Virus record (IMG/VR): IMGVR_UViG_2648501186_000003
Coordinates: 1 to 55,284 of that record
DNA: 55,284 nt
Origin: a virus
Taxonomy: Duplodnaviria > Heunggongvirae > Uroviricota > Caudoviricetes
Strand: one strand, 5' to 3'
The stretch's first letter is position 1. Each line of letters starts with the position of its first letter. The notes below the pieces were generated by a model that saw only the letters and a list, made by a program, of their open reading frames with translations, was not told the DNA's origin and searched no databases. The position numbers and the translations under genes are program-made. Below, one piece after another: positions 35,928 through 49,393 of this stretch.

Positions 35928-36014
35928 TTACCCATGCGCGACGATGCCGCCAAAAGTGATAGAGAACAGCCAGAAATAGATCGCGGTCATAATGATTTTG
36001 AATGCCGTGTTCAT
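35928..36014 (-). CDS. Candidate small hydrophobic peptide (28 aa)
   Basis: ATG preceded by AGGAG at 9 nt spacing; MNTAFKIIMTAIYFWLFSITFGGIVAHG; not in the ORF track (under the length cutoff). Confidence 0.3.
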   Translation of the reverse strand: MNTAFKIIMTAIYFWLFSITFGGIVAHG

Positions 36015-36042
36015 ATCTTCAGCTCCTGTGATTGATTGGATA

Positions 36043-36075
36043 CATGCCGCGCCCCTTGCGGCATGTTTTTATTTT
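36043..36075 (+). terminator. Strong plus-strand intrinsic terminator (probable hsdR terminator)
   Basis: catgccgc-gcccctt-gcggcatg followed by tttttattttt. Confidence 0.65.
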
Positions 36076-36098
36076 TACCTTCTTTGTTTTAAAGGTCA

Positions 36099-36115
36099 AG
36101 ATTTATTAGAGCAAT
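36099..36115 (-). promoter_or_regulatory. C1-operator-like site (16/17)
   Basis: agatttattagagcaat. Confidence 0.5.
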
Positions 36116-36621
36116 TATTGTTGATGAAGAAGCGCGTTTTCATACTCCCTGACTATTAACGTAAGCACGCCGTGACGCCTGAAAACACGCGCCACTTCAA
36201 TCTTATCTTCCAGCGCGAACGCAATTTTGCTTAGACCAATTTTCTTAAGGAGATCAATCTTTGCTGGACCGTCATTTCTGTCATCGGTGGCAGGACGCAT
36301 AGATAGCAAAGGCTCTGCTCCATTTGTTACGTACTTACGCAACCAGGCTCGTGTTTTATCCCTGGCTATCTCACAGCGCCCGGTTACAAACCAGACCGTG
36401 TAAACGTTAAATAACTGGCGCACCATATCAATAACTGGAGTGATGGGAGTATCGGTGTCACAGGCGAGATTAAACTCGTTCCAGTCCTTTGTTAATGCAC
36501 CTTTACCTGGTGGCGGAAGCAAATGCAGTCTGTCTTCAGTTGCCTCTGATATTGTTCCATCAATATCGACTATGACGATATACGGACGTTCCTGGTGTGC
36601 GTGTTTATTGAAAATACTCAA
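36115..36621 (-). CDS. HAD-superfamily phosphatase-like protein (P1 pap position)
   Basis: N-terminal DIDGT motif (VIVDIDGTIS). Confidence 0.55.
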   Translation of the reverse strand: MSIFNKHAHQERPYIVIVDIDGTISEATEDRLHLLPPPGKGALTKDWNEFNLACDTDTPITPVIDMVRQLFNVYTVWFVTGRCEIARDKTRAWLRKYVTNGAEPLLSMRPATDDRNDGPAKIDLLKKIGLSKIAFALEDKIEVARVFRRHGVLTLIVREYENALLHQQ

Positions 36622-36693
36622 ATGCCCTCCTCATTGGACGAAAAAAATGCTGGTGGGCGCACTCCACCAGCATAAAAAGTGACACTGTAACTA

Positions 36694-37956
36694 TCAGCGA
36701 ACGTAAATAGTGCCGCCGTTCTCTTTTTCCCATGCATCGCTACGTGCATAGCAAACATCGAGAAGTCTTCTTGCCGCAGTTTCTTCTAAACCCAATTCAA
36801 CAACCAACTGCTCATGACGGCGGGTAACTACATCAAATAGGCTATGCAGCCCTTTATTGGCCAGTTCATCAATGAATTCCGGTTCGAACGGTAGCTCTGC
36901 ATCTGCCAACATAACCTCTTGCGCCCACTCGACACGGCGGACCAGTTCCGGGCGGCGACTTTCCATCTCTTTACAGATCAATTCATGGAAGAACTCTACC
37001 CAACCTTCCGGCTGAAACTCGCGGAAAATTGCCAACGGCTGGAAGTTTGGCATCAACCATTCGTTGATTCGGATATCAATGGCATAGCCCATGTCGCAGC
37101 AGAACTGATAAGCAAAGTCCAGCTTAGAAACGATATAAGGACGCTCGTTATTAAACTCTTTAGGCGATGAGATCCCATAAGCCAGGAGGCGCGGGAAGAA
37201 GGAGATTTGCCCTAACGTCGGATGAAGTTTGCTTGCAGGGAAACGGCGCTCAGTAATGCCATACATTTCCTTCTTGAGCGTCGCAAATTTGGCATTCTCA
37301 TTAACCAGCGCGGTAACCTCTGCTTTTTTATTAGCAAATGCCACGCGCGCTTCGCTTGCATCTTTAATAGTTTTTTTGAGCTGTTGGTTAAGGTCGGCGA
37401 CCTGCTTACGCAGTTCCTGTCGCTCGCTTTTAGCTTTGTTATAGCGTTTCTCAAGGTTAAAAGGATCAAGTTTCATGATCTCTTTATATTGAGATTTTAG
37501 CGTTGAAATCTGTGAGTTCCGCAGTTCAACCATCGCGGTCATTTCATTGAGTTTTGTTTCCAGCTCAATGCTTATACGTTCGGCATTATCAGCACGCTGG
37601 TTGGCGTCATGCGTCGCATCGTCGATCGCGTCCTGTTGCTGGCGTTTCAAATGTTCAATTTGCAGCTGAAGCTCTTCAATTTCTTTACCCTTCAGACCGA
37701 GATCCAACTGCATATTTTCAGCTGCATCTACCAGGGAGTTATGGCTATCAGCTTCTGCGTTATAAACATCAATAAGCTGTGCGTGAAGCATCTCCGCTGA
37801 CTGAACCGCATTATCAAAAAAACGTGCTGTGAGGTCATCACAACTAACGCGGCGTTGCGCGGCCCGGATGTTCTGGATAATGGCCGGGATACCGGCATTC
37901 AGGACATCCGGGATAGATACATTTTCGATTGATTGGTTTTGTGCTGAAGTGCTCAT
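36694..37956 (-). CDS. Coiled-coil hypothetical protein (420 aa)
   Basis: Long heptad-rich central region; no catalytic motif recognised. Confidence 0.5.
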   Translation of the reverse strand: MSTSAQNQSIENVSIPDVLNAGIPAIIQNIRAAQRRVSCDDLTARFFDNAVQSAEMLHAQLIDVYNAEADSHNSLVDAAENMQLDLGLKGKEIEELQLQIEHLKRQQQDAIDDATHDANQRADNAERISIELETKLNEMTAMVELRNSQISTLKSQYKEIMKLDPFNLEKRYNKAKSERQELRKQVADLNQQLKKTIKDASEARVAFANKKAEVTALVNENAKFATLKKEMYGITERRFPASKLHPTLGQISFFPRLLAYGISSPKEFNNERPYIVSKLDFAYQFCCDMGYAIDIRINEWLMPNFQPLAIFREFQPEGWVEFFHELICKEMESRRPELVRRVEWAQEVMLADAELPFEPEFIDELANKGLHSLFDVVTRRHEQLVVELGLEETAARRLLDVCYARSDAWEKENGGTIYVR

Positions 37957-37957
37957 T

Positions 37958-38176
37958 TCAAAGTTCCGTATTAGCTTGTGCTTCGGTCATTTTTCCTAAG
38001 TATGAAGGAGGAAGGACTACGCAATTTGTATCCAGCCCCTCACCTATGGCAGCCTGTAAAATTCTGGCTAAGGTGAGTCTCTTGTTGCGATACCTGGTGA
38101 TGACATGCCTGATACCGCCGGTCGGCGTAACAAAGGCGATCAGCCAGTAGTGATATTTCCGTCGGAATGGCCACAT
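37958..38176 (-). CDS. Small hypothetical protein (72 aa)
   Basis: ORF only; tightly packed upstream of the coiled-coil gene. Confidence 0.3.
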   Translation of the reverse strand: MWPFRRKYHYWLIAFVTPTGGIRHVITRYRNKRLTLARILQAAIGEGLDTNCVVLPPSYLGKMTEAQANTEL

Positions 38177-38190
38177 AGTGCACCTTATGA

Positions 38191-38207
38191 ATTGCTCTAA
38201 TAAAAAA
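38191..38207 (+). promoter_or_regulatory. C1-operator-like site (15/17)
   Basis: attgctctaataaaaaa. Confidence 0.5.
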
Positions 38208-38239
38208 CGTAATGAGTGTACATCACGTTTTAAAAATAT

Positions 38240-38256
38240 GGAATTATTAGAGCAAT
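38240..38256 (-). promoter_or_regulatory. C1-operator-like site (14/17), inverted relative to the site at 38191
   Basis: ggaattattagagcaat. Confidence 0.4.
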
Positions 38257-38257
38257 A

Positions 38258-38959
38258 TTATTCTGATTCTCGCTCAAAAAACGAGCTAATGAGGGGAAGC
38301 CAATCCTCTGACACTTCGCGAGGTCGCGGTTTGCCGTGGAAAAAGATTATTCGGCAGTCTTTTGGTAATGCCCCATTCCCCCTGGAGTAACGCGCGCTCG
38401 CATATTTCGAACCAGGTTCCACAACATCGGCCTTGTAACTTACAAACCATTCTGGATACAGATCCTGAAATGCTGGTGTATCATCGCCCATAACCTTCCG
38501 TAAGAACCCCTGATCACCCCAGCACTCAGTAGTGACACAACGAGAAATCCAACCTTCCGGATCTTGCCAGAATGAACTCCAGATATGCGCTTTTACACTA
38601 TTTGGTATCCACAGGGCACCGCTACCACGATATTGTGGATGGTAAAAATCCCTAAGCATGGTGAAGCTGGTTGGTGGATTCTCAAGGATTGGGCGTATAT
38701 CACCGGCAATAACCGTGTCCAAATCCAGATAGAACAGATCATCGGTTATATCCGGTCGGAACAACTCGATTTTCGCCCACCAGCCACGGCACTTTTGCCA
38801 CTGGTTGATCAACGGGACAACTTTGACGCCAGGTACATGTAAACGCTTCAGGTCTGTCAGGCAAATAATTTCATAGCCTTTTGGCAGTTGATTAACCAGC
38901 CACTGCACATCGGAAGCGTTATAGTCACCACCAGAGCGAAGAACTAAAGCAATCTTCAT
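38258..38959 (-). CDS. Possible DxD-type (GT-A-like) glycosyltransferase
   Basis: Motif [17 protein letters not shown] resembles GT8-type DxD regions; weak, motif-level only. Confidence 0.4.
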   Translation of the reverse strand: MKIALVLRSGGDYNASDVQWLVNQLPKGYEIICLTDLKRLHVPGVKVVPLINQWQKCRGWWAKIELFRPDITDDLFYLDLDTVIAGDIRPILENPPTSFTMLRDFYHPQYRGSGALWIPNSVKAHIWSSFWQDPEGWISRCVTTECWGDQGFLRKVMGDDTPAFQDLYPEWFVSYKADVVEPGSKYASARYSRGNGALPKDCRIIFFHGKPRPREVSEDWLPLISSFFERESE

Positions 38960-39648
38960 GCTGCACCATCACCTTTCACTTTCATCAATGTCAGGTTTCC
39001 GCAAAATACGGCACCAGTGTCGATATAATGCTGATTCCAGAATGTCTTCGGGCTTTTCACCGGAGTGTGACCAAAGATAAAACGATCTGCGCCCGAAATT
39101 TCGCCACCAATATCATCCATCGAATCACTGATACGCTCGCGCGCCCAGACAACGTTGAAAAGCGGCACCTCCTTACCGAATTGATATTCATTATCCGGAT
39201 AGTCGGCATGGGCTATAACGATAGTTTCTTGCCCGGTGTTCAACTCAATGATATAGGGCAGTCGTCTTACCAACTCCACCAGCGCCCAGGCTAATATTTC
39301 CTGATCAGTGTCCAGCATGAAGAACCATTGTCCGCCATTCATTAGCCAGTTATTCACGTTGCCATCTGGACTTAACGCATCAATCATCAGCCACTCATGG
39401 TTCCCCATCACTGCCCTGAACCAGGGCATCTGCAATAGTTCCAGACATTCGACATTTTCAGTACCGCGATCGATAAGGTCGCCGACCGATATCAGTAAAT
39501 CCTGCGCCGGGTCAAAATCCACACGATGGAGTTCGGACATCAGTCTGGTGTAGCAACCATGCAGATCACCAACAACCCAGACATTCCTGTATTTGGTACC
39601 GTCGATACGGTGATAAATTGTGGGTGCCATCATGTATTCTTCAGCCAT
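38956..39648 (-). CDS. ppp: Ser/Thr protein phosphatase (lambda-phosphatase-like metallophosphoesterase)
   Basis: GDLHG, GDLIDRG and GNHE motifs. Confidence 0.85.
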   Translation of the reverse strand: MAEEYMMAPTIYHRIDGTKYRNVWVVGDLHGCYTRLMSELHRVDFDPAQDLLISVGDLIDRGTENVECLELLQMPWFRAVMGNHEWLMIDALSPDGNVNNWLMNGGQWFFMLDTDQEILAWALVELVRRLPYIIELNTGQETIVIAHADYPDNEYQFGKEVPLFNVVWARERISDSMDDIGGEISGADRFIFGHTPVKSPKTFWNQHYIDTGAVFCGNLTLMKVKGDGAA

Positions 39649-40256
39649 TCTTTAAGAGTCATCTGCGGAATACCTCCCATTTTCCCGCATGAAACAACGT
39701 CAATCTGTTCACGCGCAGACTGGAATAACAAAGGCAGGTGACTTAGATTTTTTGGCGTGCCGCCGGAGTGAACGCGTGGTTCTTGTGTAGCGTCAACGCC
39801 CACCAGGGCGACATGTTTGAATCCGATATGGAAAGCCAGGTTCAGAGCGCCATATGCACTATTGCCGCTGGCAATTTCATTCTCATCTTCGCAAAGTCCG
39901 AAATGTGCGGACCAGCGCCACGCCCACCACTCGGGAGAATTCGTATTTTTTGGCTCCATGCCACGTTCAGCCACACGACGGAAGCACAGAACGCCGTCTC
40001 TGACTTCACGTTCTTTAACATCGGGTAGTGCCATGCAATAACAAACACCACGGCGACGGCGGCCACGACCAACGCGCCGCATATTGTCTGGCGATGGATC
40101 AAGTGTGAAAAAATAAGAAGCGCGGTTCAGCCAGTCGATGGCCCCATTGACCGCTATAATCGGCACTCCGCGCGGCGCAACAAAGTTTGCGGCGCTTGGG
40201 CCACTGCCGACGATAATAACGCGATCACTGCCTCTAAATTTATTCTTGGGAAACAT
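39630..40256 (-). CDS. GT42/CstII-like (Maf/DUF115-like) putative glycosyltransferase, paralog A
   Basis: IIVGSGPS...IIAVNG and [24 protein letters not shown] motifs. Confidence 0.5.
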   Translation of the reverse strand: MFPKNKFRGSDRVIIVGSGPSAANFVAPRGVPIIAVNGAIDWLNRASYFFTLDPSPDNMRRVGRGRRRRGVCYCMALPDVKEREVRDGVLCFRRVAERGMEPKNTNSPEWWAWRWSAHFGLCEDENEIASGNSAYGALNLAFHIGFKHVALVGVDATQEPRVHSGGTPKNLSHLPLLFQSAREQIDVVSCGKMGGIPQMTLKEWLKNT

Positions 40257-40816
40257 TGAATTGCACTGCTCCTACTTGCATTCAAAATATGTAAATCTGC
40301 GTGTTTTTTGCGGGTATCCAGGAACTGCTGTTGCCATTTTGAAATAGACACCTGCGTTGGATTCCGTAGGGCTTGAGGGTGTGCTCCATGCCAATGAAGG
40401 CCGTTTTGCAGAGAACAGTCATAGCCGACTAATACCACTACCTCAGCCCCTGATTCAGCAGCCAGACTGATAGCCTGCGCGCCGCTATTTACCCCTTCCG
40501 CCGGTCCACAATATCGCCTGTACTCCAACGAAAATGATTTCGCCGCCGCCAGGTTGGCTGTCACTTTGCGGAATCTCCCTCCCGGTATGGTGGATCCGTA
40601 TTGCTTCCACCATGACAAATCACCGGCGTATAAGGCATAAATGTCATCGAACATCTGCCAGGAATTGTTAACTGCGATGATTGAACAGCCAGTTTTTTCT
40701 ATAGCAGCACAGTCCTCACGAGTGAGTGACGGACCGCTACCGACACAAAAAACAGTCCTAGTCGCCCTGGGTGGTATGTTCATTCTCAGCTGCAAATTCA
40801 GCCTCCAGGCGAGCAT
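40154..40816 (-). CDS. GT42/CstII-like putative glycosyltransferase, paralog B
   Basis: CVGSGPS...IIAVNN and NSGAQAISLAAESGAEVVVLVGYD motifs; 3' end overlaps paralog A by about 100 nt. Confidence 0.5.
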   Translation of the reverse strand: MLAWRLNLQLRMNIPPRATRTVFCVGSGPSLTREDCAAIEKTGCSIIAVNNSWQMFDDIYALYAGDLSWWKQYGSTIPGGRFRKVTANLAAAKSFSLEYRRYCGPAEGVNSGAQAISLAAESGAEVVVLVGYDCSLQNGLHWHGAHPQALRNPTQVSISKWQQQFLDTRKKHADLHILNASRSSAIQCFPRINLEAVIALLSSAVAQAPQTLLRRAECRL

Positions 40817-40979
40817 TCATTTCAGCGATTACAGGGTCCACTACAGCATCTGTTTCCTGTTCATTACGCGGCATGACCGATGCCAGAAACTCATAATTAA
40901 CCTTGGATGACACGATTATTCTCCCGATGTTAAAGCGCACTACCACAAAGAGCGTATATGCACTAATTAATTTATTATT

Positions 40980-41558
40980 TTAAGCGGCAGACAACCACTT
41001 ATCGCCGTTCAATACATGCTCAATAGCCTCACCCTTTTTAAGGCTTATGTATTCCAGGATGGCGGTAATCGCTTGTTCTGCACCATACGCAAGAACAACG
41101 TAGTAGCCTTCCTCTCTAAGCCTGCGCATCCAGGCGATCTGCTCTTTCGTCGGGGCTTTACCATTTGGTTCTTTAAGCTCAATTCGCATGCCGTGATAAA
41201 TACCGCATGCTTTATCGAGACTCATGTCCGGATAACCTTTTTTCTGCCCTTCAGCCTTCATTTTCCCGGCGGTTGCTTTTGAACGTTTCCCTCCGTTAGG
41301 CGTTGCATGCAACAGCTCATAGATGTCAGGGTGCTTGCGTTCGAAGTAATCAAAAATGAAAACCTGCTCGAAGTGCTCGCAATTTCCGTCGCGCAGGTCT
41401 GGGTTCTTTGCCAGTGCTGCAAGTGCCTTCGCATGTGGAGAAACTTCTTTTACCGGCGCAAGCGATAAGAATGGATCCTTTTTGGTTTTTGGCCTGGACC
41501 GCCCCTTATTTCGACGCTCACTAAAAGCCTGAAACTCTTCCTCAGTAAAGCGCAACAT
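40980..41558 (-). CDS. VRR-NUC domain nuclease-like protein
   Basis: D...ELK core (DMSLDKACGIYHGMRIELKEPNGK...EQIAWMRRL). Confidence 0.6.
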   Translation of the reverse strand: MLRFTEEEFQAFSERRNKGRSRPKTKKDPFLSLAPVKEVSPHAKALAALAKNPDLRDGNCEHFEQVFIFDYFERKHPDIYELLHATPNGGKRSKATAGKMKAEGQKKGYPDMSLDKACGIYHGMRIELKEPNGKAPTKEQIAWMRRLREEGYYVVLAYGAEQAITAILEYISLKKGEAIEHVLNGDKWLSAA

Positions 41559-41560
41559 AA

Positions 41561-41806
41561 TCAGTCAAATCCTGCCGGTCGCATGCCATATTTACGCTGT
41601 TTTGCAGCCTGCTCTTCCCTGTGCCATTGCGCACATTCAGCGTCACAATAAATGCCTGATTCAATCGATTCATTGCAGTAACGACACTTCCCTGTAAATA
41701 CCTGGCTCACGACCTGTGCCTGCTTTCTGATGTTATCGATGGCCATGTCTTTGAGAGCTTCTAACTGATTCATGCTCAGCTCTGCATCATCAACACGTTC
41801 TGCCAA
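41561..41806 (-). CDS. Small zinc-finger protein (CxxC...C...C)
   Basis: CRYCNESIESGIYCDAEC; coupled to the VRR-NUC gene. Confidence 0.45.
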   Translation of the reverse strand: MAERVDDAELSMNQLEALKDMAIDNIRKQAQVVSQVFTGKCRYCNESIESGIYCDAECAQWHREEQAAKQRKYGMRPAGFD

Positions 41807-41863
41807 TTTTGTTTCCTCGTGAAGAACCTACTTAAGGGCAGAATGATACATTTCACAATCAAA

Positions 41864-41880
41864 ATTGCACTAATAATTTT
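41864..41880 (+). promoter_or_regulatory. C1-operator-like site (15/17)
   Basis: attgcactaataatttt in the divergent promoter region. Confidence 0.45.
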
Positions 41881-41952
41881 ATTTTATTAAGTTAAATTTT
41901 CAACAAATGACTAGCAGTAAAATCACCATCATCTATTTCTGGCAGGCTGACT

Positions 41953-42330
41953 ATGGCTACATCAATCACTACAACCCAAAGCACCCCACAATATCCTCTG
42001 TCGCGGTATGACGACCGCAACATAGCCGATCCAATACTCAGGGCAGAGCTACGCAAAGAGGTGATGCTTATGTGTGAATCGAACGACAAGAATCTGACGA
42101 TTTATTACGTTCTTCCCGATGAGCAATATCGCCCGGATTTGCTGGCTTACCGTATGTGGGGCATAGCAGAGCTACGCTGGGTTGTGACGCTCGCCGCCGG
42201 GCTTGAGGATGAGTCTCAGGGTATGACTGTTGGCAAAAAATTAAAACTCCCACCAGCCACATGGATCCGCGAAATGATTCGCCATTTCCAATATGACGGC
42301 CAGGTGATAGGGACATTATCCATTGCGTAA
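41953..42330 (+). CDS. Hypothetical structural-cluster protein (125 aa)
   Basis: First gene of a plus-strand block of six tightly packed or overlapping ORFs. Confidence 0.45.
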   Translation: MATSITTTQSTPQYPLSRYDDRNIADPILRAELRKEVMLMCESNDKNLTIYYVLPDEQYRPDLLAYRMWGIAELRWVVTLAAGLEDESQGMTVGKKLKLPPATWIREMIRHFQYDGQVIGTLSIA

Positions 42331-42339
42331 GGGAAATGA

Positions 42340-43557
42340 ATGCCAACTGAATATGCTCGCGACAACCTTGGTCGCTATCAGACTGATGGATTAAGTGCAA
42401 AAGACTTTAATAAGGTCTTCGATCTTATCCGTAAACAGCAGCGTCAGAATCGGCGAAACGCGCGACGTACACTCACTCCAAGGATTATGGGGATGCGCAA
42501 CCGCGAACTTGAGGCATTCCTCAGCCTTGGGAAAAAGAAAGATGGCACCTACTTTACGCCCGAAGATATACGCAGTTTCAACACCTCAAGGCAGGCTCAT
42601 AAAACCAAATTCAAGAGCACGGTACCCGGCATTACCTATGCTCAGCTGGTGGCGCAGTCCACCAGCATTGATATAAAACGCGCTAACAACAAAGTTTCTG
42701 ATGGCACAGGGATCAAAGCCGCGACATTCCTCGGGCTAAAACACAACCTTGCATTGATATCTGTTAATGCCTCGGATGAGTCGGTCCACCAGCATCACCG
42801 TGTCAGAATTCGATTTGAGGAATGGGATAAAGCCGTTGAGGATATTGCTGAAGACGGTGCGAAAAAAGCCCGAATCGCTGCCGATCTCTGCAAGGGCCGG
42901 GTATCTTTCGACTGTGATTGTGGACGCCATCAATACTGGTATCGTTATATGGCCACTGCTGGTAACTATGCTGTCGCGCCGCCAAAAGAGTATGCCTTCC
43001 CCAAGATCCGCAACCCTGATCTGACTGGTGTGGCTTGCAAACATGTTTTGCACGCTATGACGCGTTTTCAGTCTCCCACATGGCACAAGGCCATCATTAT
43101 TGCCCTAGAAAAAGCAGCTGAACAGGTGGCCTTCGGCGATGACAAGCGGAAGACAACAACCTATTTCAAAGGCGAACTGACTAAATCGCTTGCGCGCAAC
43201 CGGACAACAACGACGGATCAGGCTAAAGCGGCGCGTGAGTATGAGCTGTATCTGAAATCTCAGGATGCATTAGGCAAAAAACTACGCGCCAAAGATAGCG
43301 CCACGGACAACGTTCGCCGGTTGTTAAAAAAAGCTCGCACCACGGCAAACAGGAAGAATGCCGAACTAAAAGCCTCGCGGGTGAGGGAAGCCCAGGCTCG
43401 CGCTGAAGCCGACGCCCTCAAAAAAGCCCTGCAAACGCAGGCGAACAACCTCATAAAGTTTTTCATGAGTCAGGGAATGGACAAGGCCGCTGCCACTGCG
43501 CAGGCGCGAAGCATTCTTGAGACACAAATTAACGAAGCCCGTAAACGGAAAGGATAA
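42340..43557 (+). CDS. SWIM-type zinc-finger protein with basic coiled-coil C-terminus
   Basis: FDCDCG...GVACKHVLHAM (CxC...CxH). Confidence 0.5.
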   Translation: MPTEYARDNLGRYQTDGLSAKDFNKVFDLIRKQQRQNRRNARRTLTPRIMGMRNRELEAFLSLGKKKDGTYFTPEDIRSFNTSRQAHKTKFKSTVPGITYAQLVAQSTSIDIKRANNKVSDGTGIKAATFLGLKHNLALISVNASDESVHQHHRVRIRFEEWDKAVEDIAEDGAKKARIAADLCKGRVSFDCDCGRHQYWYRYMATAGNYAVAPPKEYAFPKIRNPDLTGVACKHVLHAMTRFQSPTWHKAIIIALEKAAEQVAFGDDKRKTTTYFKGELTKSLARNRTTTTDQAKAAREYELYLKSQDALGKKLRAKDSATDNVRRLLKKARTTANRKNAELKASRVREAQARAEADALKKALQTQANNLIKFFMSQGMDKAAATAQARSILETQINEARKRKG

Positions 43558-46704
<3,147 letters not shown>

Positions 46705-46706
46705 GA

Positions 46707-46735
46707 AAAGCCCGGCGTTCGGGCTTTTCTGTTAT
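46707..46735. terminator. Bidirectional terminator between convergent genes
   Basis: aaagcccg-gcgttc-gggcttt with T-runs on both strands. Confidence 0.6.
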
Positions 46736-46750
46736 GACGGGTTCAATTTT

Positions 46751-47752
46751 TTATCCGTTACCGCGCGACGGTTTCTGCGTGACAAACGTCTCAAGCATCT
46801 TTTCCGCAATTGCCGACCAGGTGTGACACTGGACCTTTTCAGCATTTTTCACGCGATCAACGCGAGCAATAACCTCATCCCAATCAATCCGCGACTTGAT
46901 AACCATATGGTTCACCAAAGCCAGGCGATCTGGCGGAAGGCAATCGGGAGGCGTTAATACCAACGCCCCGCACATTGCCGCCTCAAGTACAGTTAATCCA
47001 AGGCTTTCGGGATGCGTAACGATAAACACGTCACTCTTACGCAATTCAGCTGCAAATTCGGTTGCTGGTACCGGCGTCCGTCTGTATGGGGTTACCGATA
47101 TATTCCCCGGATCAATGGTAATCAATCCGTCATCGGTCAACGTTCTGGCCTCATACGGAACGGTCAGACGCTGAAGGTTCATAAGGATACTTAAGGAGTG
47201 ATCAAACCCACTAACATCAAATGCAGCGTGGTCTACAAAAATACGCAGAACATCGTCTGTTTTGGTTTCCAGATGGAACAGATCCTGATTCGCTGCCCAT
47301 CCAACATGTTTGTTAAAGCGATTATGACGCTCTAACCTGCCTGGATTATCCAGGTACCGCCAGGTATCATCGCGGACAGTAAAAGTAATATCGACTGGTG
47401 CCGAATCCAGCATAGAACCGTCGTATACCTGGGCTACCCATCCAGTGAATCGACGACGCAGTTGCACGCCTATTTCCCTGGGCACCGTAGTAAAATACCG
47501 CAATCCTGGCGCTAAAATGGCTTTCGCGGAACACGAGGTCGCAGCGGTCAACACAGCTTCAACATAATCCTCCGGGCTTTCGACGCCGGGGGAATATGGA
47601 CGATGGTATTGCAATGTTACCCCTGCCTCACTAAAGGCGCAGGCCAGGTTGTAAGCCCACATTTCCGTATATGTTTTCACATCACTGATAGCTTCAAATT
47701 TTCGCCCAATGATCAGGATGTTCATCGGCTTTTCCTCATTCCATTGCATCAA
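46751..47752 (-). CDS. GT-B (GT4-like) glycosyltransferase-like protein
   Basis: EX7E-type motif THPESLGLTVLEAAMCGALVL; stop/start overlap with ban. Confidence 0.5.
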   Translation of the reverse strand: MMQWNEEKPMNILIIGRKFEAISDVKTYTEMWAYNLACAFSEAGVTLQYHRPYSPGVESPEDYVEAVLTAATSCSAKAILAPGLRYFTTVPREIGVQLRRRFTGWVAQVYDGSMLDSAPVDITFTVRDDTWRYLDNPGRLERHNRFNKHVGWAANQDLFHLETKTDDVLRIFVDHAAFDVSGFDHSLSILMNLQRLTVPYEARTLTDDGLITIDPGNISVTPYRRTPVPATEFAAELRKSDVFIVTHPESLGLTVLEAAMCGALVLTPPDCLPPDRLALVNHMVIKSRIDWDEVIARVDRVKNAEKVQCHTWSAIAEKMLETFVTQKPSRGNG

Positions 47753-49113
47753 TAATCCTCTTGCCAGTCAGCACCAGCATAGTTATCAAACCGTGAGTAT
47801 TGGCCGTTAAAAGCCAATCTCACCGTGCCAATTGGGCCATTTCGTTGCTTACCGATAATCACCTCGGCAATGCCCTTCATTTCGCTATCCGGGTGATAAA
47901 CTTCGTCGCGATACAGAAACATGATCAGGTCTGCGTCCTGCTCAATTGCTCCTGATTCACGTAAATCTGAATTTACCGGTCGTTTGTCCGCACGCTGTTC
48001 AAGCGATCGATTAAGTTGTGACAATGCCACCACCGGTACTTGTAATTCCTTCGCCAAAGCCTTCAGTGAGCGAGAAATCTCGGCAATTTCCAGCGTTCGG
48101 TTATCTTGCAGCTCGGGGACGCGCATAAGTTGCAGGTAGTCGATCATAATCATGCTCAAACCACCATTTTCTTTATAAACACGACGAGCGCGGGAACGAA
48201 GCTCTGTAGGTGTCAAGGCGCTTGAGTCATCAATAAAAATATTCTGCTTGTCCAACAGAATCCCCATTGCGCCAGAAACCCGCGCCCAATCCTCGTCGTT
48301 AAGTTGCCCTGTTCGAATACGAGTCTGATCAACGCGTGCAAGAGAAGCCAGTGAGCGCATCATCAGCTGGTGGCTCGGCATCTCAAGGCTAAAAACCAAT
48401 ACGGGCTTATCGTTACGGACTGCGGCATTTTCGACGAGATTCATCGCAAACGTAGTCTTCCCCATAGATGGGCGGGCGGCGACAATGATGAGATCGGACG
48501 GCTGAAGCCCTGCCGTCTTCTTATTGAGATCGGTAAATCCGGTATCAAGCCCCGTTACACCATCATGCGGTCGCTGAAACAACTCTTCTATGCGAGATAC
48601 CGTTGCATCGAGAATGCTGGCGATATCTTTTGGACCACTACCGCTCTTTTGTCGTTTTTCAGCTATTTCAAAAACGCGGCGCTCGGCCATATCCAGCAAT
48701 TCATTGCTGCCCCTGCCATCTTGCGCATATCCAGCTTCAGCTATTTCATTTGCGACGGAAATCATTTCACGAACAACCGCGCGTTCACGAACGATATCCG
48801 CATAAGCACAAATATTTGCCGCGCTGGGCGTGTTCTTTGACATCTCCGCAAGGTACGCAAAACCACCAGCACGTTCTAATTTACCGTTCTGTTCAAGTGC
48901 TTCAGCAAGTGTTATCAAATCAATCGGTTTGCCATGACTTAATAACCTCTCCATCTCACTGAAAATTTCACGATGAGCACTGGTATAAAAATCATCAGCA
49001 ACTATACGATCTGCAACTTCATCCCAGCGGCAGTTATCAAGCATTAAGCCACCAAGCACAGCTTGTTCTGCACTAAGGGAATTTGGCATGGATTCAAGAG
49101 GGGATGCAGACAT
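47749..49113 (-). CDS. ban: DnaB-family replicative helicase (P1 Ban)
   Basis: 454 aa; Walker A GKT (ARPSMGKTTFAMN) and DnaB N-terminal domain. Confidence 0.9.
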   Translation of the reverse strand: MSASPLESMPNSLSAEQAVLGGLMLDNCRWDEVADRIVADDFYTSAHREIFSEMERLLSHGKPIDLITLAEALEQNGKLERAGGFAYLAEMSKNTPSAANICAYADIVRERAVVREMISVANEIAEAGYAQDGRGSNELLDMAERRVFEIAEKRQKSGSGPKDIASILDATVSRIEELFQRPHDGVTGLDTGFTDLNKKTAGLQPSDLIIVAARPSMGKTTFAMNLVENAAVRNDKPVLVFSLEMPSHQLMMRSLASLARVDQTRIRTGQLNDEDWARVSGAMGILLDKQNIFIDDSSALTPTELRSRARRVYKENGGLSMIMIDYLQLMRVPELQDNRTLEIAEISRSLKALAKELQVPVVALSQLNRSLEQRADKRPVNSDLRESGAIEQDADLIMFLYRDEVYHPDSEMKGIAEVIIGKQRNGPIGTVRLAFNGQYSRFDNYAGADWQEDY

Positions 49114-49393
49114 TAATACTCCATCCTGGTGTGCTGAATGTCAGATATAATCGGCATACTCAAATCACTCCTAACGATATGAGTCATCACCAGAAAATCA
49201 GGATTAATGCGCCGGACTCTTCCCGGCTGTCACACCGAATCGCCAGGATGGTGAATCCGCAGTCCGACGCTATGAACGGGGCTTGCACATTCCGGCTACC
49301 TGGTTTGTTGCCTGAGCTAGGGGAAAGGTTACCCCTTTAACGTCACCAGACCGCTAACGACGCATGTGCCAGACGCCGTGTTACAACCAAATA

